DNA from: Nitrospiraceae bacterium
Lineage (GTDB): Bacteria > Nitrospirota > Nitrospiria > Nitrospirales > Nitrospiraceae
DNA: 20,000 nt
Direction of reading: 5' to 3'
NCBI GenBank assembly: GCA_037442105.1
Contig: JBBIQV010000013.1
Coordinates: 49,105 to 69,104 of the forward strand
Part shown: positions 18,038 to 20,000 of the stretch, piece by piece
How the letters are laid out: every line of letters begins with the position of its first letter
How positions within the stretch are numbered: the stretch's first letter is position 1
Made by a program: the position numbers and the translations under genes
Notes under the pieces: generated by a model
What the model was told of the DNA's origin: nothing
Seen by the model: only the letters and a program-made list of their open reading frames with translations
The model's database searches: none

Positions 18038-19528
18038 TCATCGCGCAGTGAGACGGTGCGTGAAACGGACTTTCCCGGCATCGTCCACGATGGTGACCTC
18101 CAGCGTCGAACCCTGTACGCGCAGGGTGCCGAAGTTGAAGTAGCCGCCGTCATGGAAGAGCGTGGTCGGATTCCAAGTTTGACTTGCGGGGGTCATTCGC
18201 CCGGTTGCAGCCGATAGCGGGCCGGCCACGAACTCGTGAAAATCCACCATGCCGTCACGGTTGGGATCGTAGACATTGGCCTGAGCGAAGTGGACATCGG
18301 TAGCGATCCACACCACGTTCCGGATCGGCTGCGTGAGAATCGCCTCCACAATGATTCTCATCTCTGTCTCGAACCCCGTGCCGTCCGGTCCGCCGGCCCA
18401 TCCATCGTTGCCGGGCACCGACTCGGAGCCGCCCTTGGGAATCGACAAGGGCACGCTGGTGGCGATCACCTTCCATGTCGCCGGCGACCGGCGAATTCCA
18501 TCGATGAGCCACGCCCGCTGCGCTTCGCCGAGCATCGTCTTCCCTGGCCCATCCCGATCGGCGTTGCGGCTCCGATACTGCCGCGTATCCAGAATAAAGA
18601 GTTCCACATCCGCGCCGTAGCGGACCCTCCGATACAGGCGATGCGGATCGTCGTCCGGCGCACGAATCGGCCAGTATTCCAGCAAGGCCTGGCGGCCCAA
18701 CGACATGTGCGGGTCGAACGGGCCGGAAAAATTATTCCGCACTTCGTGGTCGTCCCAGATTACAAACACCGGCACCGTGGCCAGCAATCGCTGAAGCGCC
18801 GCGGCTCCCCGTTGGTACCGGTGTTTCGCCCGATACTGATCGAGAGTTGACGCCGTAAAATCACTTCCCGGCGCGTTCGGCGGCGACGGACAGACATCGT
18901 CTCCATAAATGGTGTCGCCTAGGAACAAGAAGAAATCGGGCTTGTTGGCTCTGATGGCGTCGAAGATGGGATAGCCGTCCTTCTCATCTCGGCAGCGGCG
19001 TTGCCCGCCGAGGTCGCCGCTCCAGGCAAACGCCAGCGGCGCATGGGCGGTCGGCTCAGGCATCGTGGTGAACTCTCCGCGCGCAGCCACGGTGACTTCC
19101 GTGGCGAGATCGGCGCGAGCTGATTCTTTGGCTACCAGCACCTGATAGCGATACCGAGTCGCCGGTTTCAGTCTGTCGAGCGACACGTTGAGCGTTAAGT
19201 CGTGATCCGTACCGGTTTGGAACAGCGGAGTCTTCGCCAACACCGGCAGGCGGTCGCTCGCCGTACTCGCCCCTCCCCACTCCGTGACCGGTGCATACTC
19301 GACCTGAACTTGCGCCGCCCCCGCTGTGCGGAGCCAGACGAGAGCGGAGTGTGGGCCGACATCCCCGACCGCCACACCTTGCGGCAGCAGGCTGGAGACA
19401 GGAACCGTGGCTTCACCGAAGGGACTGCCAGGGGGCAAGCCGGTGCGAGAGGATGGGGCGCAGCCGGCTATGAACGAAACGAGCGCAGCGGCGATCACTG
19501 TGGTATGGACGAACAATGGAGCCGACAT
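18038..19528 (-). CDS. phoD: Alkaline phosphatase D family metallophosphoesterase
   Basis: QGVAVGD..SALVWLR, FLGDTIYGD, WDDHE, LDTRQYR, MLGEAQRAWL, WKVIATSVP and TDVH motifs. Confidence 0.9.
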   Translation of the reverse strand: MSAPLFVHTTVIAAALVSFIAGCAPSSRTGLPPGSPFGEATVPVSSLLPQGVAVGDVGPHSALVWLRTAGAAQVQVEYAPVTEWGGASTASDRLPVLAKTPLFQTGTDHDLTLNVSLDRLKPATRYRYQVLVAKESARADLATEVTVAARGEFTTMPEPTAHAPLAFAWSGDLGGQRRCRDEKDGYPIFDAIRANKPDFFLFLGDTIYGDDVCPSPPNAPGSDFTASTLDQYRAKHRYQRGAAALQRLLATVPVFVIWDDHEVRNNFSGPFDPHMSLGRQALLEYWPIRAPDDDPHRLYRRVRYGADVELFILDTRQYRSRNADRDGPGKTMLGEAQRAWLIDGIRRSPATWKVIATSVPLSIPKGGSESVPGNDGWAGGPDGTGFETEMRIIVEAILTQPIRNVVWIATDVHFAQANVYDPNRDGMVDFHEFVAGPLSAATGRMTPASQTWNPTTLFHDGGYFNFGTLRVQGSTLEVTIVDDAGKVRFTHRLTAR

Positions 19529-19648
19529 CGGGAACAGTCACATACCGGAAGGGAGAGAGAAGGTCAAGGCAGGATTGCGGTTCACATCACGCTTGAAATT
19601 CAACCAGACCGTCCGCCATACTGTTGCCCGCAACGCGGAAGGATTCCA

Positions 19649-19888
19649 ATGAGCGACCAAAGCTGTCTCATCCAGGGTTGCCAAGCCAAAGCCTACGCTC
19701 CGGCCGGCACCCAAGCCCTGTGCAAAGAACACTTTCTCCACTTCCTGACGTGGCGGCGAAAGAAAGGCCCGCAGATGTTTCACAAGTACGCCGGCATGAC
19801 CATGAACGAGCGCGACACCATCGCCGCCGAATGGCAGAAAACCGTCCGGATCGAAGAAATCCCCACCGCATCAGCGCCCAAACCCTGA
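19649..19888 (+). CDS. Small hypothetical protein with a C-x4-C-x13-C-x2-H putative zinc-binding motif (79 aa)
   Basis: ATG 19649 after GGAAGGA; MSDQSCLIQGCQAKAYAPAGTQALCKEHFLHFLTWRRKKG...; divergent from phoD. Confidence 0.75.
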   Translation: MSDQSCLIQGCQAKAYAPAGTQALCKEHFLHFLTWRRKKGPQMFHKYAGMTMNERDTIAAEWQKTVRIEEIPTASAPKP

Positions 19889-20000
19889 AGGAATACGATT
19901 CCAGGCAGCGGTCCTTTTCCATGACGACAGTATTTACGCTCCCACAGACAAGGTCTGTTTCCCCGTTTAGCAGCCACCAGTGATTCTGCCAGTTAGATCG

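Noticed and set aside
19889..20000. Gene entering from the right edge of the window
   Set aside because: The open minus-strand frames run antisense through the small Cys/His gene and have no recognisable protein features.

Overview
A GC-rich bacterial window of mostly core genes; gene content and protein style suggest Nitrospira or a relative (inference only). In order: partial sulfide:quinone oxidoreductase and a DUF2892 protein (-); a MacAB-type ABC exporter operon (-); a coiled-coil/helix-hairpin-helix lipoprotein (-); uppP (+); nadA-ileS-lspA (-); a TPP-riboswitch-led run of thiC, a His-type (non-Cys) thi4, a TPR protein, a pseudo-receiver and a YgfZ/GcvT-family gene (+); two hypothetical genes and phoD (-); and a small Cys/His protein (+). 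The most unusual signal is non-coding. Six gene junctions or leaders carry hairpin elements whose arms are tandem, degenerate 7-bp units, in three sequence flavours (TCGTCAW/ATGACGA, AGCGART/GCTATTC, TCAGC/GCTGA). Two same-flavour copies bracket thi4, one supplies a gene's stop codon, and three abut start codons that lack a Shine-Dalgarno. A separate 91-bp palindrome with 20-bp perfect arms sits inside the exporter operon. No transposase, integrase, CRISPR array, tRNA or rRNA was recognised.
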